A model generated the notes under the pieces. The model was not told the DNA's origin. It did not search any database and was given only the letters and a program-made list of their open reading frames with translations. From contig CAXXVZ010000003.1 in assembly GCA_963678065.2 (NCBI GenBank), positions 1,248,001 through 1,312,000 on the forward strand: 64,000 nucleotides of DNA. Direction: 5' to 3'. A program made the position numbers and the translations under genes. How positions within the stretch are numbered: the stretch's first letter is position 1; the number at the start of each line of letters is the position of its first letter. Below, in pieces: positions 10,441-19,869 of this stretch. The DNA is from Treponemataceae bacterium (lineage in GTDB: Bacteria; Spirochaetota; Spirochaetia; Treponematales; Rectinemataceae).

Positions 10441-11968
10441 CTGAGGCCTCCTCGACGATGCCCGACGCGGCTCGAAGTATTTTTTCGCCGGTCAGGACGC
10501 AGTCCTTGAACTCCGTGCATATTCTTCCCTTTCTGAGCACGAGGACTCTGTCGGAGAGCCGGGTGAGCTCGGGGAGATCCGATGAAACGAGGATGACCGA
10601 CACACCCTCGCCCGAAAGCTTTCGGATGTGGTCGTAGATCTCTTCTTTGGCGCCGATGTCGATGCCGACGGTAGGCTCGTCGATGAAAATCAGCTTCAGA
10701 TCCCGCACGAGCCACTTTGCGAGGACGACCTTCTGCTGGTTTCCGCCCGAGAGGTTGCCCACGAGCTGGTCGGGATTCGGCGGCTTGACGTTGAGCAGCT
10801 TGATTCCGCGCAGGGAATACTCACTCTCGACCCTGTTGTGGACCACGCCGCGGGGCGCGAGCTTGTCGAGGTTCGTGATGCCTATGTTCCGCGTTATGGA
10901 CTGGGTCGCGAGGATGCCCTGCAGTCGCCGCTCTTCGGGAATGAAGCCGATGCCCGAAGCGATCGCGTTTTTCACCGAAGGCATGTAGGGCCTGCCGAGG
11001 TAGGTGACGGTCCCCGAGTTCACCGGATCGATGCCGTACAGGGCGCGCACGAGCTCGGTCCGTCCCGATCCGACGAGTCCTCCGATGCCGAGGACTTCGC
11101 CGGCGTGGAGCTCGAGGCAGATGTTCTCGAACTTGCCGACCGAGGTCAGGCCTTCGACCTTGAGAACGACTTCTCCTTCCACTGCGCCGAGCCTGTGGTG
11201 CACGGCGTTCTCTTCCAGCTTGTGACCGATCATGAGCCGGATGATTTCGGCGGGAGTGATCTGTCCCTTTTCGAGAACCGAAACGAGCTTGCCGTCCCTG
11301 AGGACAGTGACCCTGTCGGAGAGCGCGTAGACCTCTTCCATGCGGTGGGAGATATACAGGACGCTGATGCCTTCGGACTTCAGGGTGTGGATGATCCTGA
11401 AAAGCATCTCGACCTCGGTCTTGGTGAGCGAACTCGTCGGCTCGTCCATGATCATCATGTAGGCCTTGTCGGAGAGAGCCTTCAGGATCTCGACGAGCTG
11501 GCGCTGCGCGATGCTGATGTGGTCGATGTAGTCGGTGGGCTTGAGGGGGAACTGGTACTTGTCGATCAGCTCCTGGGCCATCCTGTTCATCTTGCGCTTG
11601 TTGATGAGGCGCGTTCCGGGAATCAAAGGTTCCTTCGTGAGGAAGATATTCTGCGCCACCGTCATGCCCGGTATGAGGCTGAGTTCCTGATAGATGCAGG
11701 CGATGCCCATGTCCTGGGCGTCCTTGCGGGAGAGCTCCATCGGGACCCTCTCGCCGTTGAAGACGATCTCTCCGGAGTTGCGGTTCGTCGCGCCGGTAAT
11801 GATCTTGATCAGCGTGGACTTGCCCGCGCCGTTCTCCCCCACGAGGGAGTGGACTTCACCCGCCTTCACCGAGAAATCGACATTATCGAGGACGATGGGT
11901 CCGTTCCAGGACTTGGTGATATTCCGGCACTCGAGGAGAATCTCCGTGTTCGTGTTGTCGTTTTCCAT
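10430..11968 (-). CDS. Monosaccharide ABC transporter ATP-binding protein (two ABC domains)
   Basis: GENGAGKST, MDEPTSSL, LSGGNQQKV, DEPTVGID. Confidence 0.92.
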   Translation of the reverse strand: MENDNTNTEILLECRNITKSWNGPIVLDNVDFSVKAGEVHSLVGENGAGKSTLIKIITGATNRNSGEIVFNGERVPMELSRKDAQDMGIACIYQELSLIPGMTVAQNIFLTKEPLIPGTRLINKRKMNRMAQELIDKYQFPLKPTDYIDHISIAQRQLVEILKALSDKAYMMIMDEPTSSLTKTEVEMLFRIIHTLKSEGISVLYISHRMEEVYALSDRVTVLRDGKLVSVLEKGQITPAEIIRLMIGHKLEENAVHHRLGAVEGEVVLKVEGLTSVGKFENICLELHAGEVLGIGGLVGSGRTELVRALYGIDPVNSGTVTYLGRPYMPSVKNAIASGIGFIPEERRLQGILATQSITRNIGITNLDKLAPRGVVHNRVESEYSLRGIKLLNVKPPNPDQLVGNLSGGNQQKVVLAKWLVRDLKLIFIDEPTVGIDIGAKEEIYDHIRKLSGEGVSVILVSSDLPELTRLSDRVLVLRKGRICTEFKDCVLTGEKILRAASGIVEEASDEK

Positions 11969-11985
11969 GGCTTCCTGCCTTTCGC

Positions 11986-12999
11986 CTAGGCCGCGGTCTT
12001 GCAGGCGGCGGCTTCGATCTTCCGGAGTTTGGCCCTCGTGGCCATCTTCTCGGCGATCTTCTTCTGCCAGACATCGGCGATGACAGTGACGACGATGATG
12101 CCGCCGATGACGATGGGCTGGATCCAGGGAGAAATGCCGAGCTTGAGGATGCCGTTCTTTATGAGGGCGAGGAAGACGGAGCCGAGCATCGTTCCCCATA
12201 TATCGCCGACGCCGCCCGTGAAGGGAGTGCCGCCGATTACGACCGAGGCGATGACATCCATCTCGGAGCCGAGGCCGAGTTCGGGCATGGCCGTCATCAT
12301 CCGGGAGGAGATGAAGATCGCGGCGATCGAAGCGCAGACGCCGGCGAAGACGTAGACGCCGAGAACCGTCTTTTGGGTGTTGATGCCCGTCAGCTTGGCC
12401 GCGACGGGATTGGCGCCGGTCGCGTAGATGTTGGTGCCCGTCTTGGTGCTCCTGAGAAATACCTGGGTGGCGACGCCCAGGATCACGAAGGCTATCGTCG
12501 TCCTGTATATCCCTCCGAATCCTTGAGTTCCGAACCAGAGGTAGGTTTCGTTCTGGATATAGACGTTCTGGACAAATCCGAGGGAATCCTTGACCGCGAT
12601 CACGAGGGCGAGACCGGAGAGGATACCCTTGGTAGCCAGGGTCACGATGAACTCGGGCAGTTTGAACCTGGTTATGAAATAGCCATTGAAGAGGCCGGCT
12701 AATGCCCCCACGAGGAGGGTGAGGGGGATGAAAAGCGGCACGGGTATTTTCGTGTACGAGAGAAAGTTGATGCTGACCATCGCGGTGACCGCGATGATGC
12801 CGCCTATCGACATGTCGATGCCGGCGGTGATCATGACCAGGGTGAATCCGATGGCCACGATGCCCGTCTGGGACGCTTCCTGCAAAAGCTTCATCAGGTT
12901 GGGCATGGTGAGGAATACGGGATTGAAGCTGGTCAAAAGGGCGGAAATGACCAGCATGAGGCCGATCAGGATGATCCGGCGTACGGCGTGGCTCGACAT
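11986..12999 (-). CDS. Monosaccharide ABC transporter permease (RbsC family)
   Basis: AGIDMSIGG, ATGANPVAAKLTGI, VIGGTPFTGGVG. Confidence 0.88.
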   Translation of the reverse strand: MSSHAVRRIILIGLMLVISALLTSFNPVFLTMPNLMKLLQEASQTGIVAIGFTLVMITAGIDMSIGGIIAVTAMVSINFLSYTKIPVPLFIPLTLLVGALAGLFNGYFITRFKLPEFIVTLATKGILSGLALVIAVKDSLGFVQNVYIQNETYLWFGTQGFGGIYRTTIAFVILGVATQVFLRSTKTGTNIYATGANPVAAKLTGINTQKTVLGVYVFAGVCASIAAIFISSRMMTAMPELGLGSEMDVIASVVIGGTPFTGGVGDIWGTMLGSVFLALIKNGILKLGISPWIQPIVIGGIIVVTVIADVWQKKIAEKMATRAKLRKIEAAACKTAA

Positions 13000-13015
13000 G
13001 AGGGAACCTCCGGGT

Positions 13016-13050
13016 AAAAAAAGAATGGCAGGGCAGGATCTGCCCCGCCA
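13016..13050 (-). terminator. Intrinsic terminator or stabilising hairpin between binding-protein and permease genes
   Basis: Minus strand TGGCGGGGCAG-ATC-CTGCCCTGCCA hairpin followed by TTCTTTTTTT. Confidence 0.6.
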
Positions 13051-13091
13051 CTCATCGCAGGCGACCGACAGCCGGCGATCTTCAGACCGGT

Positions 13092-13156
13092 TTTGCCAGC
13101 AATCTTCGCGCCGACTTTACCAACGGTCGTCGCGCCGACTTTACCAACGGTCGTCG
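13092..13156. repeat. 24-bp tandem repeat (about 2.7 copies) overlapping the binding-protein stop codon
   Basis: TTTGCCAGCAATCTTCGCGCCGAC / TTTACCAACGGTCGTCGCGCCGAC / TTTACCAACGGTCGTCG. Confidence 0.8.
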
Positions 13157-14094
13157 GCAGCGATCTGCTTGACGGTCTCGGCGGTGGCGGCGAAGGGAGG
13201 AATCTGGATGATTTCGGTGGCGGCTGCCTTGGCCGGCCCGAGTTTCTTGGTCAGGCGCTCGAGCAGCATGGTCGCGACGAGGCTTCCCTGATCGAAGCAG
13301 TTGTTGTACGCGGTTCCGGCGATCTTTCCCTGCTCGATGAAAGCGAGGGTGCTCTTCTGGCCGTTGGCGCCCCAGACCTTGATCTGCGCGAGCCTTCCGG
13401 CTGATTCTGCGGCGATCATGGCGCCCTCGGCCATGTTGTCGTTCACGGCAAACACGCCTGCGAGCTCTTTGTTGGACTGAAGGAAGCTGTTCATGATCGT
13501 GATGGCGATCTCTTTTTTCCAGCCTTCCGCGCTCTGCGCTCCGACGATCCTGACGGCGGGGTAGAGTTCGGCCATGCCCTGGCGGAATCCCTTCTCGCGG
13601 TTGACGCCGAGGATGGCTCCGGGGGGAGACTGGATGATGACGACATTGCCCTTGCCGCCGATCTGCTTGCCCATCTCCTTGGCGACAGCGTAGCCGGCGG
13701 AAATATCGGCCATCTGCACGGAGAGCGTGTGGGACTGGATGACGGCGGTGTTGAGGGTGATGACGATGATGCCTCTCATCTCGGCCTGCTTGACTGCGGC
13801 GGAGAGGGCCGCTGCGTCTACCGGCTGGAGGACGATGGCGTTGTATTTCTGGTTGACCACGTCGTCCATGAAGGAAACCTGCATCTCGGCCTTGAGCTGG
13901 GGATCGAAGGACTGAACCTTGACGTTGGGATACTTGCGGAACACGCGCATCATGCCTTCGAGCCAGGCGTTCGTGTTCGGCTGGCCGATGCTCGTGGGAA
14001 TGTACGCGATCTTGTAGGTCTCGGCTGTCTGCGCACCGACTGAGAGGGCGATCATTACGCCCAGGACGAGAGCGATAATCCTCGCTTTCTTCAT
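13141..14094 (-). CDS. Sugar ABC transporter substrate-binding protein (RbsB-like)
   Basis: Signal peptide MKKARIIALVLGVMIALSVGAQ; REKGF, FAVNDNMAEGA. Confidence 0.88.
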   Translation of the reverse strand: MKKARIIALVLGVMIALSVGAQTAETYKIAYIPTSIGQPNTNAWLEGMMRVFRKYPNVKVQSFDPQLKAEMQVSFMDDVVNQKYNAIVLQPVDAAALSAAVKQAEMRGIIVITLNTAVIQSHTLSVQMADISAGYAVAKEMGKQIGGKGNVVIIQSPPGAILGVNREKGFRQGMAELYPAVRIVGAQSAEGWKKEIAITIMNSFLQSNKELAGVFAVNDNMAEGAMIAAESAGRLAQIKVWGANGQKSTLAFIEQGKIAGTAYNNCFDQGSLVATMLLERLTKKLGPAKAAATEIIQIPPFAATAETVKQIAADDRW

Positions 14095-14249
14095 GGATAG
14101 CCTCCTGAAAATTTTCCTATCCCTGCGTGGACCCTGGAAAAACACGGGGACGACGCCCACATATTTCTTCCGCTTCCGCCGGAATGGATACCAATTTTGT
14201 TCCCGCCACATTCCCGAACCTGATCCGTCAGGCCGTGGGTCAGAGCAAT

Positions 14250-14360
14250 AATGATCGAATTGATCTTTATGAACGTAGATTACACCGATAATGCGTATTT
14301 AGCAAGCAATAATTTTCATTTTTTTGATAAGTATAAGATATTAGACACAATTCGATCATT
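14250..14360. promoter_or_regulatory. AT-rich promoter region with a 13-bp inverted repeat pair (candidate DeoR operators)
   Basis: AATGATCGAATTG (14250-14262) and CAATTCGATCATT (14348-14360) are exact reverse complements. Confidence 0.5.
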
Positions 14361-14421
14361 TTTAGATATAATAATGATCATTTAGGTATTTATAAAACAC
14401 GTTCTACATATCTGCGCGCAC

Positions 14422-14460
14422 AAAAAAACGCCATGCCTCGCAGCGGGCCGCGGGTATGGT
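14422..14460 (-). terminator. Intrinsic terminator after the deoR-type gene
   Basis: Minus strand CCATACCCGCGG...CTGCGAGGCATGG stem followed by GTTTTTTT. Confidence 0.55.
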
Positions 14461-14483
14461 GGATCCGGCAATGAAGAATTCGT

Positions 14484-15263
14484 TTAGGCGATGATGACCT
14501 CGATCCCGAGATTCTCGAGCCCGGCCCGGAACTGCTCGGGACACTTGTCGTCGGTGATGACGATATCGACGGAGGACAGGGGCGAGGAGACGAAATTCGA
14601 CACTTTGCCCATCTTGGAATAGTCGGCGAGGACCACCACCTTCTCGTGGGTGTTCGCGATCATCGCCTGATTGATGCTGCATTCCTGGTAGACGCTGGTC
14701 GTGAGCCCGCGCTCCAGGCTGAGACCGTTCGTGCCGAGGAATGTGTAGCCGGAATATATGTTCCTGATGGTGTTGAGCGTGAATTCTCCGACGAGGGAGC
14801 GGGACTGTTCCCGGTACTCCCCTCCGAGTATAAGCAGCTCGATCCCAAGGTCATGCTCGACCATGATCGCGGCGGCATTGTTGGTGATGACCTTGACTCG
14901 CCTGTTTTTCAGCGCGCGGATAAAGGAGAGGATCGTCGATCCCGAATTCAGGAAAAGCGTATCGCCTTCTCTGACCATCTGGGCGGCCCGCTCCGCTATG
15001 CGTGTCTTCTCTTCCATGTTGATGACATCTTTTTCCTCGAGCTTCTTCTCGGGGACGCCATCCACGCCCGTGCTCACGGGCAGAGCTCCGCCGTGCCTCC
15101 TGACGAGAAATCCTTTCTTGCACAGGTAGTCGAGGTCGCGCCGCACCGTGACGGGGGAGACGGCAAGTTCGGCGCTGAGCTCCTCCACCTTGGCGGCCCT
15201 GCGCTCGTTGAGGATATCGAGAATCCGGATGCGACGGTTGTTGACGATGGAGCTGGATGCCAT
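14484..15263 (-). CDS. DeoR/GlpR family transcriptional regulator (UlaR-like)
   Basis: HTH VEELSAELAVSPVTVRRDL, RHGGA, LNSGST, ITNN, LADYSK. Confidence 0.9.
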   Translation of the reverse strand: MASSSIVNNRRIRILDILNERRAAKVEELSAELAVSPVTVRRDLDYLCKKGFLVRRHGGALPVSTGVDGVPEKKLEEKDVINMEEKTRIAERAAQMVREGDTLFLNSGSTILSFIRALKNRRVKVITNNAAAIMVEHDLGIELLILGGEYREQSRSLVGEFTLNTIRNIYSGYTFLGTNGLSLERGLTTSVYQECSINQAMIANTHEKVVVLADYSKMGKVSNFVSSPLSSVDIVITDDKCPEQFRAGLENLGIEVIIA

Positions 15264-15442
15264 AGCGGTTTCCTTCTTGTCGACGGACTGACCGGAGGGA
15301 GGATGTCGCTTCCGACCATAAATGAGTATAAACGACAATCCTGTTTTCGTAAATATGCACTATTGATCATTTATCATCTTGCGTTTTGAACATATTGAGC
15401 GAATAATTGCCCCGAGACTATCCATAACCCGGAGGAATCTAC

Positions 15443-16999
15443 ATGTCCGGAAGCGGTATCATCACCGTCGACATCGGAACCACGAGCATGCGCGCCATTC
15501 TCTTCGACGAAAACGGAATCAACAGGGCGATGAGCCAGAGGGAGAATCCTCCCATATACTACTCCGACGGGCGGGTCGAGCAGGATGCCCGCACATGGGA
15601 AGGTATCCTCGCCGAGGTCCTCTCCGGCTGCGCGCGGGCCGCACTCTCCGCGCATCTGAAAATCTCCGCCCTCTCCCTCACCGCGCAGCGATCCTCGGTC
15701 ATCCCGGTGGATCGCGAAGGAAGGCCTCTTCATCCGGCGGTCATGTGGCAGGATCTCAGGACCCAGTCGCTCTGCGGCGGCATGCGCGGCGATTCTCCGG
15801 AAGTGTACCGCCGCACGGGACTCAAGATTTCGCCCGTGTTTTCGGCCATCAAGATGCGATGGTTCCGGGAAGAGATGCCTGACCTGTATTCCCGGACATG
15901 GAAGATGGCGGGAATACAGGACTTCGCCCTCTTCCTTCTTACGGGGCGCTTCGTCACGGACCGCTGTCTCGCGAGTCGGACGAACCTCCTCAATCTCCGG
16001 ACTCTCGACTGGGATCCCGACCTGATCGAACTCTTCGGCGTGGACCGCGGCATGCTCTGCGAGCTCGTCGACCAGGGATCGGTCTGCGGCTGGCTCCTCC
16101 CCGGCTTGGCCTCCGCGACAGGGCTTCCTGCAGGGCTTCCCGTCGTCTCGGCGGGAGGAGACCAGCAGTGCGCCGCGCTCGGGCTGGGACTCCTTGCGGC
16201 TGACAGGATCGTCGCCAACACCGGCACGGGGTCCTACATAATAGGACATTCGGACCATCCCGTGCTGGACGAAAGAGAGCGGGTGTTCTGCAACCTCTCT
16301 GCGCTTCCGGGAGCCTACATACTGGAGGCGGGGACTCTCACCTCGGGTACGGTGTACAAGTGGTTTGCGCAGAATTTTTACGGCTACCCCGCGGATGGCA
16401 TTCCCGGGCAGGATCGGGAAAACGATCAGGGAAAAGGCCGCTTCTCCGATGTCAACGCGGATGCGGAGTCATCGTTGCCCGGGGCCCACGGCCTCATCCT
16501 CATCCCCCACTTCAAGGGCGCGGGAGCGCCGCACTGGAACCCGGATTCGCGCGGAGTCTTTTACAATCTGACGCTCAGCTCGACGCGCGGCGATATGGCG
16601 CGGGCCGTCCTCGAAGGCATCGCTTCCGAAATGGCGGAGAACATAGACCTCCTCGAGGAGCTCGCAGGGCCGATCGGCATGGTGAGGGTCTCGGGAGGTC
16701 TGACGCGCTTCGGGCTCTTCAACCAGATCCAGGCCGACATGTACGGCCGCCTCGTCGTCAGGCCGGGCGAAACCGAGGCGACGGCCCTCGGCGCCTGGAT
16801 ATCCGCCGCGGCCTGCACCGGCCTGTATCCGGATCACGCGCGCGCCTACGCCGCCGCTGAGGCCGGAGCCGCTACGGCGGGGCATGAAGAGACCGAATAC
16901 CGGCCCGGTCCTGCCGAGGCCCTGTACGCCGGACTCAGAAAAAAAAAGAAGATCCTGTACACAGCGCTCGAAAAAAGCGGGATTTTCGGCATGGACTGA
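15443..16999 (+). CDS. FGGY-family carbohydrate kinase
   Basis: DIGTTSMR, WQDLRT, GGDQQCAALG, NTGTG, AVLEGIA, SGGL. Confidence 0.88.
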   Translation: MSGSGIITVDIGTTSMRAILFDENGINRAMSQRENPPIYYSDGRVEQDARTWEGILAEVLSGCARAALSAHLKISALSLTAQRSSVIPVDREGRPLHPAVMWQDLRTQSLCGGMRGDSPEVYRRTGLKISPVFSAIKMRWFREEMPDLYSRTWKMAGIQDFALFLLTGRFVTDRCLASRTNLLNLRTLDWDPDLIELFGVDRGMLCELVDQGSVCGWLLPGLASATGLPAGLPVVSAGGDQQCAALGLGLLAADRIVANTGTGSYIIGHSDHPVLDERERVFCNLSALPGAYILEAGTLTSGTVYKWFAQNFYGYPADGIPGQDRENDQGKGRFSDVNADAESSLPGAHGLILIPHFKGAGAPHWNPDSRGVFYNLTLSSTRGDMARAVLEGIASEMAENIDLLEELAGPIGMVRVSGGLTRFGLFNQIQADMYGRLVVRPGETEATALGAWISAAACTGLYPDHARAYAAAEAGAATAGHEETEYRPGPAEALYAGLRKKKKILYTALEKSGIFGMD

Positions 17000-17042
17000 A
17001 AGCTGCGCGCGATACGGAGCGCACGACCCGGGCGGCGGCCCG

Positions 17043-17675
17043 CTAGAGAATGAACAGCAACCCCGCGATGTCTCCCAAAAGATGTGAAGCCCAGACGAAG
17101 AGAATGTTTCCCGAACGGGCGAAAAGTATTCCATAGAGAATGCTGTCGATGAAAATCGAGCCGAGATCGAGGACCAGGATGGCTTCCGGCGCGGGAGAGT
17201 AGTGCATGAGCGCGAAGAGCCCTGAACTCAGGATGACGGCCGCGGGCAGGCCGGCGACACGGGCGAGATTTTTCTGGTACAGGCCTCTGAAAGTCAATTC
17301 TTCGCCGACGAGGGACAGCGCAAGCATGGGGAGAAGGAGGGGCAGGCCCGTTCCCGGGCCGAACGGAAGCCTCTCGCGGACATGATCCAGGTAGGCCGGA
17401 AAGAAATACCGGGCCGCGTACGCGGTGACGCTCTGGCTGCCGATACCCGCGAAGAGGAAGAGAAACCAGGAGCCGCGGAAATCCTGCACAAACGCTGAAG
17501 GAAGAAAACCGAGATCACGCCAGCTGCGCTTCCTGAACCCCTTCTCCGCCAGGGTGTAGATGACTGGAAGCAGAAGGAATGCTGTTTTCGCCCCAGGAAG
17601 GAAAAAAGCTCCGAGCGTGGATACGGCGAGCACCGCGAGAACTTCGGGCAGAGGGCGTTCAGGAATCATGTGCAT
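17043..17675 (-). CDS. CPBP family (CAAX/Abi) intramembrane glutamic endopeptidase
   Basis: EELTFRG, FALMH, WASH motifs; hydrophobic. Start uncertain. Confidence 0.8.
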   Translation of the reverse strand: MHMIPERPLPEVLAVLAVSTLGAFFLPGAKTAFLLLPVIYTLAEKGFRKRSWRDLGFLPSAFVQDFRGSWFLFLFAGIGSQSVTAYAARYFFPAYLDHVRERLPFGPGTGLPLLLPMLALSLVGEELTFRGLYQKNLARVAGLPAAVILSSGLFALMHYSPAPEAILVLDLGSIFIDSILYGILFARSGNILFVWASHLLGDIAGLLFIL

Positions 17676-17872
17676 GATCTCCGGCAGGCAGAAATTTAGT
17701 GTACGGCATAAGCATATCACGCAATCCGGACCTACACCATATCGACCGGCTCTCTGTCACAGTCTCTGACAATTCTTTATTTTATGTCAATTCCATGATA
17801 TACTGTATTCGAGGATTTTCTGCAGGCATCCATTTCCGCATTCCGACGCGGGAAATCCTTCCAGGAGTGATC

Positions 17873-19816
17873 ATGCACAGCCCCCTCCTCTCCATACCTT
17901 TCGAGACGGCGCGGCGCTACCCCGAGCGCATATCCCACAAGTGGAAAGTCAAGGACAAGACCGAAACGCGAAGCTACGCCCAGTTCGCCCGCACGATACG
18001 GATTCTGACGGCCGGTTTCAAGGCGGCGGGCATCTCGCATGGAGACCACACGGGCTTCTTCGTCAACAATCGATTCGAGTGGACCTGCACCGATTTCGCC
18101 CTCATGGCCCTGGGATCGGTGAGCGTTCCCCGGGGTTCCGACACGCCACCCAGGGAAGTCGCTTTCATCTTCCGCCACTCCGACTCGCGCCACCTCATCG
18201 TCGAAACCGTGAGCCAGCTCGCGGAACTCGACAAGGCTTTCGATCCCGCGGATTGGGAACGATGCGCCTCGGTCTTCATCGTGGAGAAAGGCGACAGAAA
18301 TTCCGTACCCGCTCATCTCGTCGATAGGACGCGCTTCTACGGCGACCTGCTCTCCGGGGGCGAAACCGCCTTCGCTCAGGAACCCGACCTCGTCGAAAAG
18401 CTCGACGCGGACATCGAACCGGACGACCTCCTCACCATCGTCTACACTTCGGGCACGACGGGCAACCCGAAAGGAGTCATGCTCTCGCACGCCAATTTTG
18501 TGCAGAATCTCAGGGCGAATACTCCGCGCCTTCAGATCGACATCGAAAAGGCCGAGACCACGGTCGTCATGCTGCCCTCCTGGCATGTGTATGAGCGCGC
18601 CTTCGAGTACTGCGGCATCGCCTCGGGGCTGAGCTTCGTATACTCCTCGGCCGGCCGGTTCGCATCGGACCTGTCCGCCGAAAAGCCCGAGGTTCTCATC
18701 TCGGTGCCCCGTGTCTGGGAATCGGTGTACCAGAAGCTCATCAAGGCGGTGAGCGAAATGCCGGCCGCCAAGCGGAACCTCGTCCTCGCCCTCATCAAGA
18801 ACAACCAGGCCTGGATGACCTCGTCGCTCTACCTGAAAGGCTGCTACATTTCGCTGCGGAACCGGCCCGCGACGGCCAGGGCACTCGCTTTCCTGTGGCA
18901 CCTTCTCCGCCTCGTCGTCCTCTGGCCCGGCCACAAGCTGGCTGGCCTTCTCTTCAAGCCCTTCCGCGAAAAGGTGGGAGGGCGACTCCGCCTCGCGACC
19001 TGCGGAGCCGGCTCCCTTCCGAAATACCTCGACGAGCTGTTCAACGCGATCGGCATCACCCTCATCAACGCCTACGGAATGACAGAGTGTGCGCCGGGAA
19101 TCCTGTCGCGACAGCTCGGGCAGAACACTTTCGGATCGACGGGAATCCCCTTCGACAACACCGAAGTCGAGATCCGGCGCGATGACGGAACGAAGGCGGG
19201 AACCGGTGAAAAAGGCGTCCTGTATGTGCGTGGCCCCCAGGTCATGTCAGGCTACTACAAGAATCCGGAGGCCACCGCCGCCGTCCTCTCTCCCGATGGC
19301 TGGCTCAATACGGGCGACCTCGCGGTCAGGTCGGAAAATGGCGAGTACATCATCGTCGGCAGGGCCAAGGACACCATAGTCCTCATGGGCGGCGAAAATG
19401 TCGAACCCGAACCGATCGAGGACAAGCTCAAGGAGTCAGTCTACATCGACCACGCCGTCGTGTTCGGCCAGGATCAGAAACAGATCTCCGCCATCGTCGC
19501 CGTCAACGAGGAAGAGCTGATGAAGCTCGCCGCCGAACTCAAGCTGTCGCGCACCGACATCGTGGTAAGCGGCTCGGGATCGATCGAGAACGACCAGATC
19601 TACAATCATCTTCTCAAGGAAGTCGGCTCCCTCATCACGAAGGAACAGGGATTCAAGCCCTTCGAGACGATCACGAAAATTTTCCCGGTCCTGAACGATT
19701 TCTCGGTCGGAAAGGAACTCACGCAGACCCTCAAAGTCAAGCGCAAGTACGTCGAGGAGCGATTCAAGCATCTCGTGGACAGATACCTCCGGGGCGGAGA
19801 CAAAGGGACAAAGTGA
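17873..19816 (+). CDS. Long-chain fatty-acid-CoA ligase (AMP-binding enzyme)
   Basis: YTSGTTGNPKGVML, AYGMTEC, WLNTGDL, GRAKD, GGENVEP, TLKVKR. Confidence 0.9.
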   Translation: MHSPLLSIPFETARRYPERISHKWKVKDKTETRSYAQFARTIRILTAGFKAAGISHGDHTGFFVNNRFEWTCTDFALMALGSVSVPRGSDTPPREVAFIFRHSDSRHLIVETVSQLAELDKAFDPADWERCASVFIVEKGDRNSVPAHLVDRTRFYGDLLSGGETAFAQEPDLVEKLDADIEPDDLLTIVYTSGTTGNPKGVMLSHANFVQNLRANTPRLQIDIEKAETTVVMLPSWHVYERAFEYCGIASGLSFVYSSAGRFASDLSAEKPEVLISVPRVWESVYQKLIKAVSEMPAAKRNLVLALIKNNQAWMTSSLYLKGCYISLRNRPATARALAFLWHLLRLVVLWPGHKLAGLLFKPFREKVGGRLRLATCGAGSLPKYLDELFNAIGITLINAYGMTECAPGILSRQLGQNTFGSTGIPFDNTEVEIRRDDGTKAGTGEKGVLYVRGPQVMSGYYKNPEATAAVLSPDGWLNTGDLAVRSENGEYIIVGRAKDTIVLMGGENVEPEPIEDKLKESVYIDHAVVFGQDQKQISAIVAVNEEELMKLAAELKLSRTDIVVSGSGSIENDQIYNHLLKEVGSLITKEQGFKPFETITKIFPVLNDFSVGKELTQTLKVKRKYVEERFKHLVDRYLRGGDKGTK

Positions 19817-19869
19817 GTCCGCCCGGAGGATGGAGAGCGCGAAGCGGATAAAGCGGCCGGGATCTCCGG

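Noticed and set aside
10430..13051. Long N-terminal extensions in the ORF track (also 44990-47449, 39210-41294, 27706-30561, 43995-45713, 31544-32878)
   Set aside because: The extensions overlap upstream genes in another frame and translate as low-complexity Arg/Pro/His-rich text; internal ATGs give normal-length proteins, so these are not fusions.
13092..13156. Possible mini-CRISPR array
   Set aside because: Units are directly adjacent with no unique spacers, and there are no cas genes.
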